A stretch of 33,435 bases of DNA from Octopus bimaculoides (lineage: Eukaryota): contig NC_069003.1 of the NCBI RefSeq assembly GCF_001194135.2, forward strand, positions 25,692,750 through 25,726,184, given 5' to 3'. The position numbers were made by a program, and so were the translations under genes. Below the pieces are notes generated by a model. It worked only from the letters and a program-made list of their open reading frames with translations, made no database searches and was not told the origin of the DNA. Shown in pieces: positions 11,233 to 20,825 of this stretch (position 1 is its first letter; each line of letters begins with the position of its first letter).

Positions 11233-11380
11233 GACGGTAGAATGGCAGAATCGATAAAGCTTCCGAAAAATATCATTGTAGTGTTTATTCTGAGCTTTTC
11301 GTTCTGAGTTCAAATCCTACCAAAGTCAGCTTTGTCCTTCATTCCTTTGGGGGGGGGGGTCAAAGAAGTTAAGTAACCGC
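11233..11380 (+). mobile_element. Diverged SINE (head plus core)
   Basis: tggcagaatcgata...cgttctgagttcaaatcc...ctttgtccttcattcctttgggg. Confidence 0.6.
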
Positions 11381-11408
11381 CGAACCACTACTCTTATAAT
11401 AGTCTTTA

Positions 11409-11650
11409 AATGAGGTACAAAGGTAACAATTTGTGGGGATAGAGAACAGCCGATTATGTAGACCCCAGTACTTTACTGGTATTTCTATTTCATCAATCCA
11501 ATATTACATTGCTACTTTATGCTGTCGGCCGTAGAGGAATGAAAGGCAGAATTGATAACGACGGATTTGAACTCAGCACGTAAAGAACCAAAACACGTAA
11601 TTCAATGCATTTAGTCTGACGCTCTTACAATTTTGCGAATCCACTGCTCC
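11409..11650 (-). mobile_element. Diverged SINE, inverted relative to 11233-11380
   Basis: gaccccagtac, gaatgaaaggc and ggatttgaactcag are reverse complements of the core and B-box. Confidence 0.6.
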
Positions 11651-11696
11651 AATAATAATAATAATAATAATGGTGATGATGATGATGATGATAATG

Positions 11697-11729
<33 letters not shown>

Positions 11730-11845
11730 TTTTTTAAAAAAGGATTGACGTAACTCTTCACGAAGGTAAATAGTCAAAACGAAAATAATAATAGTAATAA
11801 TAATAATAATAATAATAATCCTTTCATATTTTTGAAAGGATTGAA

Positions 11846-12140
11846 AAGTTGGGTTTTGAGTTGCTGGGACAACCTGCATACAGTCCAGATCTTGCCCCTT
11901 CCAAGTATCACCTCTTTAGACCACTCTAACATCCTTTACGAGCTCGTCATTTTGCTACGGACGAAGAAGCGAAGCACAAGAAGTGGGGCGTAAATGGTTG
12001 TGCGCAAGCTTGTAGACCACTTCAAGAAGTGCATGGAAAGGCATGGAGACTATGACGAAAAATAATGTAATTGTTCAATTCCTGCTTTTGTTTTGATAAA
12101 TTAGAGATAAGTGTGCGTATAATTTTTTGAGTTACTTTCA
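11846..12140 (+). mobile_element. Mariner transposase C-terminal remnant with 3' terminus
   Basis: Translates LGFELLGQPAYSPDLAPSKYHLFRPL*...KLVDHFKKCMERHGDYDEK*, carrying the mariner YSPDLAP(S/T)D motif, with a stop and a frameshift. Ends in a TIR-like tttttgagttactttca followed by TA. Confidence 0.85.
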
Positions 12141-12175
12141 TATAATAATTAATTGCATCAAAATTGTATTATCAG

Positions 12176-12348
12176 GAAAAATTGCTGGAAGAGCAGGCCA
12201 AACGACAACAGGAACGTCTCGCTAAACTGGAGAAAGAGTTACAGACTCAGTTTGCTATTGAGAAACAAGATCTTTTATTGAAACACGAATCTGAGAAAAA
12301 TCTTCTTGAGCAGAAACTGGCTGAGGACAAGATCCGTTTGACAGAAAT
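12176..12348 (+). CDS. NINL: Ninein-family exon 9 (EKLLEEQAKRQQERLAKLEKELQTQFAIEKQDLLLKHESEKNLLEQKLAEDKIRLTE)
   Basis: attatcag| acceptor, at|gtaagc donor, phase 0 to 2. Confidence 0.9.
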
Positions 12349-12414
12349 GTAAGCACTGTTTCACTTTTACACAACATGATTGAGTGAACACACATACGCA
12401 TATCTTTCAATATA

Positions 12415-12635
12415 TACGAGGCGGTGCCGTAAAGTACCCTGTTTTGGGTAAAAGAAAATACTGGGAGATGAGATAATTATGATTTTATTCAACATATTCT
12501 CTTCCCAAATTCACACACTTATTGCAGAAGCCCTACAGTTTTTTCTAAGCCCTGTAAAAGAACTCGGAAGGTTGGGCCTCCAACCAGGCCTTTCGCGACA
12601 CTCTTAAAACCAGGAACTTTTCAGCACTCCCTTGC

Positions 12636-12636
<1 letters not shown>
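12415..12636. mobile_element. Non-autonomous mariner-like MITE
   Basis: Left end tacgaggcggtgccgtaaagtaccctgtttt is an imperfect inverted repeat of right end aaaaccaggaacttttcagcactcccttg. Sits in TA context with no ORF. Confidence 0.6.
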
Positions 12637-12684
<48 letters not shown>

Positions 12685-12899
12685 TGCGCTTGCATATATA
12701 TACACACACATACAAGCACACATATACACATATATACACACATCTACTCATATAGACATACACACATACACACATCCAAGAACATGCACACACACACATA
12801 CTCATATCTACATAAGTGTACACACTCAAACATTGTTTAGACTCAGATTGACTCTAATAGAGCAGACCTTTCAGCTATGGCCACTATTCTACATCAATA

Positions 12900-13135
12900 T
12901 ATCCTTCTATCGGCGCCAGGCAACTATATTCAGGTTACTCCTTGTCCGTATTGTCTGTCGTTAGGTTTCACCCTAGGTTAATCATGATAGCGCAGACTAT
13001 CTTAAAGGCCCTCCAAATAGGACCAGCCGGTTTTTTTTTAGAGATATCTACAGCTACATTGTCTCAATGTATCTTTCTTTTCTTTAAGACCATAGGTTGT
13101 GATTCGAGGGCTATTCGGCTGATATTTCTAGCAAT
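12900..13135 (-). mobile_element. Possible decayed LINE ORF2 fragment (Tx1/L1-like)
   Basis: Minus frame KIARNISRIALESQPMVLKKRKIH*DNVAVDISKKKPAGPIWRAFKIVCAIMINLG*NLTT is mostly open with scattered stops and has the same orientation as the gag-like fragment at 14245. Family assignment weak. Confidence 0.35.
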
Positions 13136-13188
13136 TTTGAAAGACCATGTTGAGGTCTATAATTTGAAAGACCATGTTGAGGTCTATA
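13136..13188. repeat. 27-bp tandem duplication (tttgaaagaccatgttgaggtctata x2)
   Basis: Two adjacent identical copies, read directly. Confidence 0.9.
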
Positions 13189-13308
13189 TAGAACTGCAAT
13201 AAACATAGAATTGTCTGATATGTTATCTATAAAATATAGAAGTATAATACTACTAGTTACTCATCATACGATGGGTAAATTTGGAAGTATACGTTTGCCA
13301 GCCATCTG

Positions 13309-13381
<73 letters not shown>

Positions 13382-13597
13382 GAGTAAGGAATGTATTTAG
13401 GGAGGAATTCACTTTGAGATTTCGTTTTATGGTAGGGAGATTTCAGAGGGTAAAGTGTTTAGTTACGGTTCAGGAGTTTACAATAGAGCGGCACTGTACC
13501 AGAAAATATGACAAAAACTTTTGAAGATATAAATATAAAAGATACCACGAAACTAAAATGGCTGCCATTTAATAAAACAAGTATGTCTCCTCTCTAG

Positions 13598-13694
13598 GCA
13601 CCAGCTCTGGAACCAATACCCCAATTGGCTACCGTGGCTGCTTTTGCTAAGTAGCTTATTTGTCTATGTTGTCTTTACGGATCCTCCTAGATGA
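13598..13694 (+). CDS. Candidate alternative terminal exon of the ninein-family gene encoding a hydrophobic tail (HQLWNQYPNWLPWLLLLSSLFVYVVFTDPPR*)
   Basis: Acceptor gtctcctctctag|g, in frame with the phase-2 donor at 12348, 31 open codons then TGA. AATAAA occurs at 13736, 13762 and 13801. Prediction only. Confidence 0.35.
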
Positions 13695-14071
13695 ACAGTA
13701 AGTACAAATTACGCAATAGCAACAGTAAAAAAAACAATAAAAAATACACTTCTCTTAAAAAAATAAACACTGAAAAATACACCTCTCTTATTAAAAAAAC
13801 AATAAAAAGAAATGAATGAAACTGTGTAATAATAATCGCTTGCTTTTCACCACATACTGTAGTGCGCTCATAATTACTGCTTTATATCTTATAAGGGGTA
13901 GGTGAGAGGGTTTGGTGAGAATAAACTCTGGTTGTATATAATTCTCATTCCTTTCCCGACTTCACGTGTGTCAGCGATTCAAAATAAGTGGGTTGGTTTT
14001 AGACCGAAATATTTCGTAGCGCTGGTCCTTTAGCCCTTTGACTCCAGACCCTCACAACAAATGTAAACTGC

Positions 14072-14149
<78 letters not shown>

Positions 14150-14244
14150 CCTCTTTATGTACGAAGCACTCTTATCTGTATTCATACCTTGCACTCTATG
14201 GTTGCTTAGAATCGTTAGCACGTTTTCTGTTCCTCTGGCAAGAG

Positions 14245-14690
14245 CTATATTGTTGGTGCTTTTGTAGGCGCTGTGGTGGTGGTCGTAGTCAGCGCCTCTG
14301 TTGTTGTTGACATTGTTTGTCTCTCGTGTAGTTGTTGTTGGTGGTGGTGTTTTTGCTGGAGTCCTATTTGCTTTCTTTTCTTGGGGCTGCTTGTGTTGTT
14401 TGTTGGGGGTTGTTTCAGTTGTTGTGGTGTGGGTGGTGCTTGTATCAAGAGGATAGTGCCCTCCTCCTGTTTTAGTTGTGGGAAGAAGGCTTTCAGGTGC
14501 TTATTCTGTCCGCATTGATGATATCTTGGCCTTCTTCTCTCAACAGTGACGGTCAGCATAGTGCCATCTGGAAGGCTGAGTTGGTCAGGAATTTGTTCCA
14601 AAACGTCTTGGTTTATTTGGACCATTATTTACAATTCCTGACCATTCCAGTTATTTTTCTGATTTTCTCCTCCAAGTTGAGAAGGACGGC
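14245..14690 (-). mobile_element. Retroelement ORF1/gag-like remnant with degenerate CCHC zinc knuckle
   Basis: LPDGTMLTVTVERRRPRYHQCGQNKHLKAFFPQ fits CX2CX4HX4C with the first and last Cys replaced by Y and F, followed by a T/Q/P-rich tail. This layout is typical of Tx1/L1-type ORF1. Confidence 0.7.
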
Positions 14691-14983
14691 CGTGAAGTAT
14701 GCATTTAGATAAAAGACATAAATCTTATTATTTATAAGCTTTGCTTGTAGATAATGCAGACTAGGTAAAAATATCTCATTGTTCTTTTATATAAACAGAA
14801 AAATAATTACAATGTTATATTTTCTCATATGCTATGGCTTTCAGATAATTAACATTTATGTACGTTATGTATATTTGCTATCAATACATAAGTAAGGATG
14901 GTTAATGATAACAGTAATGCGTATGCATGCATGCATGCATGTATGTATGTATGTATGTATGTATGTATGTATGTATGTATGTA

Positions 14984-15027
<44 letters not shown>

Positions 15028-16049
15028 CACACACATGCATAGATATTTTATTAATATTTTATTAATGAATGTCATCAAATATAAATAATACGTGTATACG
15101 TATATACATACATATATACATAAGTACATACATACATATATGAAAAAACTACATCTCTTATAATGATATTNNNNNNNNNNNNNNNNNNNNNNNNNNNNNN
15201 NNNNNNNNNNNNNNNNNNNNNNNNNNNNNNNNNNNNNNNNNNNNNNNNNNNNNNNNNNNNNNNNNNNNNNNNNNNNNNNNNNNNNNNNNNNNNNNNNNNN
15301 NNNNNNNNNNNNNNNNNNNNNNNNNNNNNNNNNNNNNNNNNNNNNNNNNNNNNNNNNNNNNNNNNNNNNNNNNNNNNNNNNNNNNNNNNNNNNNNNNNNN
15401 NNNNNNNNNNNNNNNNNNNNNNNNNNNNNNNNNNNNNNNNNNNNNNNNNNNNNNNNNNNNNNNNNNNNNNNNNNNNNNNNNNNNNNNNNNNNNNNNNNNN
15501 NNNNNNNNNNNNNNNNNNNNNNNNNNNNNNNNNNNNNNNNNNNNNNNNNNNNNNNNNNNNNNNNNNNNNNNNNNNNNNNNNNNNNNNNNNNNNNNNNNNN
15601 NNNNNNNNNNNNNNNNNNNNNNNNNNNNNNNNNNNNNNNNNNNNNNNNNNNNNNNNNNNNNNNNNNNNNNNNNNNNNNNNNNNNNNNNNNNNNNNNNNNN
15701 NNNNNNNNNNNNNNNNNNNNNNNNNNNNNNNNNNNNNNTGTGTGTGCGTGTGTGTGTGTATACTTATACATACATACATACATATTTTTATAATGTGGTT
15801 TCTGTATATGTCGCCTTAGTTTTCTGCACTAATACAGTGTGTTATATAGTACCACGGAATGGGGTAGACATCAATTGTCTCCATTTGATCTATTCCCAAA
15901 TACTTTGCCAACAATTATAACCAATCCAAAACAACTCTTAACGAAGTTTTCAACAATTTCCCGTGACTCCACGAACTCACGAACGACACCTTTCGACTTC
16001 CTGCGATTTCTCATCTCTTATTCTTTTTTTATTGGCCACACAGGGCCTA

Positions 16050-16157
16050 ACGTCCCCGTACCTCAGCTTCGGGTGGCCAATGTTTCTCTGCCCTTTTCGG
16101 AGAGCTTGTCGCAGGGCAGAGAAACATTAGCTGCTCGGAGCTGAGGTACGGGGACGT
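16050..16157. repeat. 45-bp inverted repeat with 18-nt loop
   Basis: 16050-16094 pairs with 16113-16157 at 40 of 45 Watson-Crick positions. Confidence 0.95.
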
Positions 16158-16482
16158 GTGCAGGAGGGACATGAAGGCACTTGCCATCAACACCAATTCC
16201 TGGGAGGATCTCGCAGCCGACCGAACCAGCTGGAGAGGCACTCTTCACAAACAACTGAGGACCGGCGAAGAGAATCTGAGGGTGGCGGCAGCTGAAAATC
16301 GAGCCCGCAGAAAAGAAACGACAGCCAACAGACCGGATTCAACGTATAGGTGAGACCTCTGCAAACAAGACTGCCACTCTTGCATCGGTCTCTACAGCCA
16401 CAGGAGGCGTTGCAAAAACGGAATAGACAACTCAACGAACGGATGACATCATCCATGGTCAGTCATGACCGACGGAGGCCTA
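16095..16482 (+). mobile_element. RTE-type LINE 3' end (5'-truncated) with foldback at its 5' junction
   Basis: LRYGDVCRRDMKALAINTNSWEDLAADRTSWR...YR*DLCKQDCHSCIGLYSHRRRC (C2H2 finger with one Cys mutated to stop), then 3' UTR catccatggtc...gacggaggcc. Confidence 0.85.
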
Positions 16483-16717
16483 AAAAAGAAGGACCTAACA
16501 AAGAGGGGGCAGCACATGGTGGGAACAGAAAAAAGAAAAAACGGATGGAAAGGATGAATTAGATAAAATGGTAAATGAAATGAAGCCTTTCGGCCCCACC
16601 TCCAAGCGACTTCATTGAACTTGTTAATATAACTTCTTTTAAAAACATTATTTGTAACAGTTTAAAACACTATCTGTAACAGCTAACTTTCATATTTCAT
16701 TTTTAAAGATAGCTTAC

Positions 16718-16805
16718 TCGTTCTGGTACTGTGCTGGTGTCCATTTTCTTGACCCAGTGCTAATGCGTAAATGGACTTATTCTTTTGTATGTTGGGTCTT
16801 CCATA
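16718..16805 (-). other. Candidate second exon of the antisense transcript (88 nt)
   Basis: Acceptor atttttaaag| and donor ga|gtaagc on the minus strand. Contains AAAATGG starting MDTSTVPER and an upstream ATG giving MEDPTYKRISPFTH*. Confidence 0.42.
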
Positions 16806-16973
16806 CTTTAAAAATCTTTTTATAAAAGTGAAAGGATTTTGTCTATTTATTTATTTCGACTGTCCACCTGCGATGGTGACTAAATTGACTAGGAGCACTG
16901 TACACGATGAATATCCAGTACCAAACAATCTTAATCTCCATATTTAAACTGCATTAAAATTCGGCAAGCTTAC

Positions 16974-17090
16974 CTTTACCCCATAACGAAGATGTTCTGG
17001 TGGAGATGAAAACGGAGACTGGCTGGTGTCAGATACATCGTTGCTGGAGACGAGTTGTGCGTGTGGTCAGTGGCGAGTGCCAAAGACCTA
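16974..17090 (-). other. Candidate first exon of an antisense transcript (5' end uncertain)
   Basis: About 52% GC block ending at a perfect minus-strand donor AAG|GTAAGC (16974/16973), downstream of a minus-strand TATA-like motif. No long ORF. Confidence 0.45.
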
Positions 17091-17104
17091 GAACAGTCGA
17101 GAAC

Positions 17105-17340
17105 TGCCGTACTTATAGGAAATAATGGGCTCCCAGAAGCTGGTGATTAATTTCCCGAGTAAGGAAAAATATACTGTTGTGCTAACACGATTGGACAGCT
17201 GGAAGCCGACCAATACAAACAACAGGTTCGTTTAATCACGAGGTCATGTGACCGCTGGAACGAAAAGACCTCGTGGAGCCAAAATAGTGGGTATTTAAGC
17301 CTAGATGAGTCAAAGTGAAAGCATCTCACACAATGACAGT
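17105..17340. promoter_or_regulatory. Promoter-like module inside ninein intron, possibly bidirectional
   Basis: ATTGG 17190-17194 and CCAAT 17210-17214 (NF-Y-type), GTCATGTGAC 17243-17252 (USF/MiT-type E-box), inverted CACGAGGTC/GACCTCGTG 17237-17275, TATTTAAG 17292 (+), TATAAGT 17117-17111 (-), TGAGTCA 17306-17312. Confidence 0.45.
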
Positions 17341-19478
17341 GTAAATCGCTTCTACTACAACCTATTTTGAGTTACTTAAAAGGTGGTGTTCCCTTCCTTC
17401 TCTTCTATTTGTTGATACCGTTGTTTCACTTTAAGGATGCTTATTTACCCATCCATTATGATATTTCGACTGTTGTCCATTGTTTCAAATACGTTTTAGC
17501 ATTGTCGTTCTAGCCTTTTTTTTTAAACAGTCACATATGATTCGTCCCAAAGAATCAACCTTTAAATAAGAGTTTTGCTTCCACTAGCGAAAGCTATACG
17601 TATCTTTCAGAAAGCTCCACACCAATTTAATTTTATGCGGCATTCGTTGTTACTTTATGCGCAGGCTATGTGGGAAGACAGAATAAAGGGGCTTTTTTTA
17701 GCTTATCTCTCCGAAAAAATAGCTCCCTTTCCTGTTGAGAAAAATAAACTCGCAGAGGGGNNNNNNNNNNNNNNNNNNNNNNNNNNNNNNNNNNNNNNNN
17801 NNNNNNNNNNNNNNNNNNNNNNNNNNNNNNNNNNNNNNNNNNNNNNNNNNNNNNNNNNNNNNNNNNNNNNNNNNNNNNNNNNNNNNNNNNNNNNNNNNNN
17901 NNNNNNNNNNNNNNNNNNNNNNNNNNNNNNNNNNNNNNNNNNNNNNNNNNNNNNNNNNNNNNNNNNNNNNNNNNNNNNNNNNNNNNNNNNNNNNNNNNNN
18001 NNNNNNNNNNNNNNNNNNNNNNNNNNNNNNNNNNNNNNNNNNNNNNNNNNNNNNNNNNNNNNNNNNNNNNNNNNNNNNNNNNNNNNNNNNNNNNNNNNNN
18101 NNNNNNNNNNNNNNNNNNNNNNNNNNNNNNNNNNNNNNNNNNNNNNNNNNNNNNNNNNNNNNNNNNNNNNNNNNNNNNNNNNNNNNNNNNNNNNNNNNNN
18201 NNNNNNNNNNNNNNNNNNNNNNNNNNNNNNNNNNNNNNNNNNNNNNNNNNNNNNNNNNNNNNNNNNNNNNNNNNNNNNNNNNNNNNNNNNNNNNNNNNNN
18301 NNNNNNNNNNNNNNNNNNNNNNNNNNNNNNNNNNNNNNNNNNNNNNNNNNNNNNNNNNNNNNNNNNNNNNNNNNNNTATATATATATATATATATATATA
18401 TGAATATATGTATGTATGTACATGTATACAATGTGTGGTGCAAAGTAAACCGTTTTTTTGCAACATGCCGAAGTGGTTACTGTAATAATGTGCTAGTTGT
18501 AAACAGATATTTTTCTTTTTCTCTGTGGACAGAACAAATGGATGAAACTGATCAGTTTCAAACCTTATTTGATTTCCATCAGAGATAAAATACCATTTGA
18601 TCGGCACACAGAAATATATGAAACCAAAAATAATATATATTACTACTAAACAAAGTTGACTTTGTTCGGCTGATTAGTACGAGTGATATAAACAAGATTT
18701 TGTTGCTGTATTCTTCAACGTATCCATTTAATTAGACACCAACACGACACCAATTTTCCGCTACACCAGTGGTGTGAAACGAGATAAACTTATTCGTACA
18801 GTTTAGCTACCCGAGTTGGGATAAATTGAGTCAGTTTCGCTGCCTTTCAAGCTCATCAAGACTAATTTATCCTTCTCCTTCCTGAGATATCGAGACAAAG
18901 TTGTAGATGGTTACTTATTTAAATGTAAACAATTACGTAATCAGACAAAAATTCGTTTACATAATGGCCAGTATATGATGAACTTCTATTGATTGCAACA
19001 ATTGGATTCACACATTTTACTGATTTTCAAGCAATCAGTTTTATATATGCAACAACTCTGTATTTATGTATGGTTATAAACTTAACCTCCCACCCACCAA
19101 AAGAAAAAAAAAACCGTTGAAGAAACATTGATAAAACAAAACACTATTTGATGTAGTCAAAACATTATTATAAACGACGATCTGTAGTTTGTCGTATTTG
19201 ATAGTCGAAGAGAGAGAGAGAGAGGATTAAGAGTTAAAAATGGCGTTATCTAAAGAAATGTTTAGAATTTTCATTTCAAAACCTGGCAAGTAGTTTTTAG
19301 TAATTTGGTAAGGCAAAAACTGGTAACGTTTATTTTAATTTATGATGAATAAGAGATATCAGTTCTCAATGTTGAGTCGCCTCACATATTCACCCAAGTT
19401 CGAAAAAAATTGAAATATTTTTCTTATCAATAAGAATACAAAACAAAGAAACAAAGAGAGAGACAGAGAGAGCGAGCG

Positions 19479-19541
<63 letters not shown>

Positions 19542-19544
19542 CAG

Positions 19545-19576
<32 letters not shown>

Positions 19577-20055
19577 AAAATACTATTTAATAGAGACAAA
19601 ATTGAATAAATCCATAATAGAAAAACCTTTTAGNNNNNNNNNNNNNNNNNNNNNNNNNNNNNNNNNNNNNNNNNNNNNNNNNNNNNNNNNNNNNNNNNNN
19701 NNNNNNNNNNNNNNNNNNNNNNNNNNNNNNNNNNNNNNNNNNNNNNNNNNNNNNNNNNNNNNNNNNNNNNNNNNNNNNNNNNNNNNNNNNNNNNNNNNNN
19801 NNNNNNNNNNNNNNNNNNNNNNNNNNNNNNNNNNNNNNNNNNNNNNNNNNNNNNNNNNNNNNNNNNNNNNNNNNNNNNNNNNNNNNNNNNNNNNNNNNNN
19901 NNNNNNNNNNNNNNNNNNNNNNNNNNNNNNNNNNNNNNNNNNNNNNNNNNNNNNNNNNNNNNNNNNNNNNNNNNNNNNNNNNNNNNNTCCCCTTCTTTTT
20001 TTCTTTCCTTGACATCATATAAGCACATCTACACACACGCATACATACACGCATT

Positions 20056-20099
<44 letters not shown>

Positions 20100-20501
20100 T
20101 GTTTGTGTGTGTGTATCTATGTATATAGAAATCTATTCATGTATACACACAGATACACACAGATACACACACAGATACATACATACATGGCTGTATATAT
20201 TTATTCATAACATAAATTTGCCTTGTCTCTAATAATTTTCATCGGGTGGTTTAGCTTGTACCATTATGTAAATGACTTTGCGTCTGGTTACACAATTGTT
20301 CCTATTTAAATATGTAGCCTCGTGCTGCTTTCTCTCGATATGTTGAGACGGATGTGATAATCAGTTATTTCAGATTAAACAATGAAAGTTTCAATGCAGC
20401 TTTTATTTCTGCTTTCCAATTCAATCTATTTCCTTTTGCATTCTATTTCCCAACATTTTCTTATTCTTTTTCTCTTTTCCCTTTTAAACACCTTCTGTCA
20501 C

Positions 20502-20567
<66 letters not shown>

Positions 20568-20572
20568 GTCTA

Positions 20573-20605
<33 letters not shown>

Positions 20606-20825
20606 TATTTTCCTCACTCTCTATCCTGTTGTCTGTCTATTTCTTCTCCTCTCTGCCCCAGCCTCTGTATCTATTTTCCCATTTCTTCGTCTCTCTCTCT
20701 CTCTCTTCTGCCCCGCACCCCTCTCTATATCAAATGCTCTCCTCCTCCTCTTTCCCCCTACTCTCTCCCTCAAACCTTTCCTCTACCTCCACCCTAGTGT
20801 AATCTTGGTTCTATTATTGTTGTAG

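Noticed and set aside
13662-13694. Calling the candidate tail a KASH domain
   Set aside because: True KASH peptides have a luminal segment of roughly 20-30 residues ending PPPX. Here only DPPR follows the hydrophobic stretch, so it is reported as a generic tail anchor.
15839-16144. 101-aa + ORF and a 47-aa minus ORF (MRNRRKSKGVVREF...)
   Set aside because: No recognisable homology, partly made of the LINE foldback, and no consistent splice sites.
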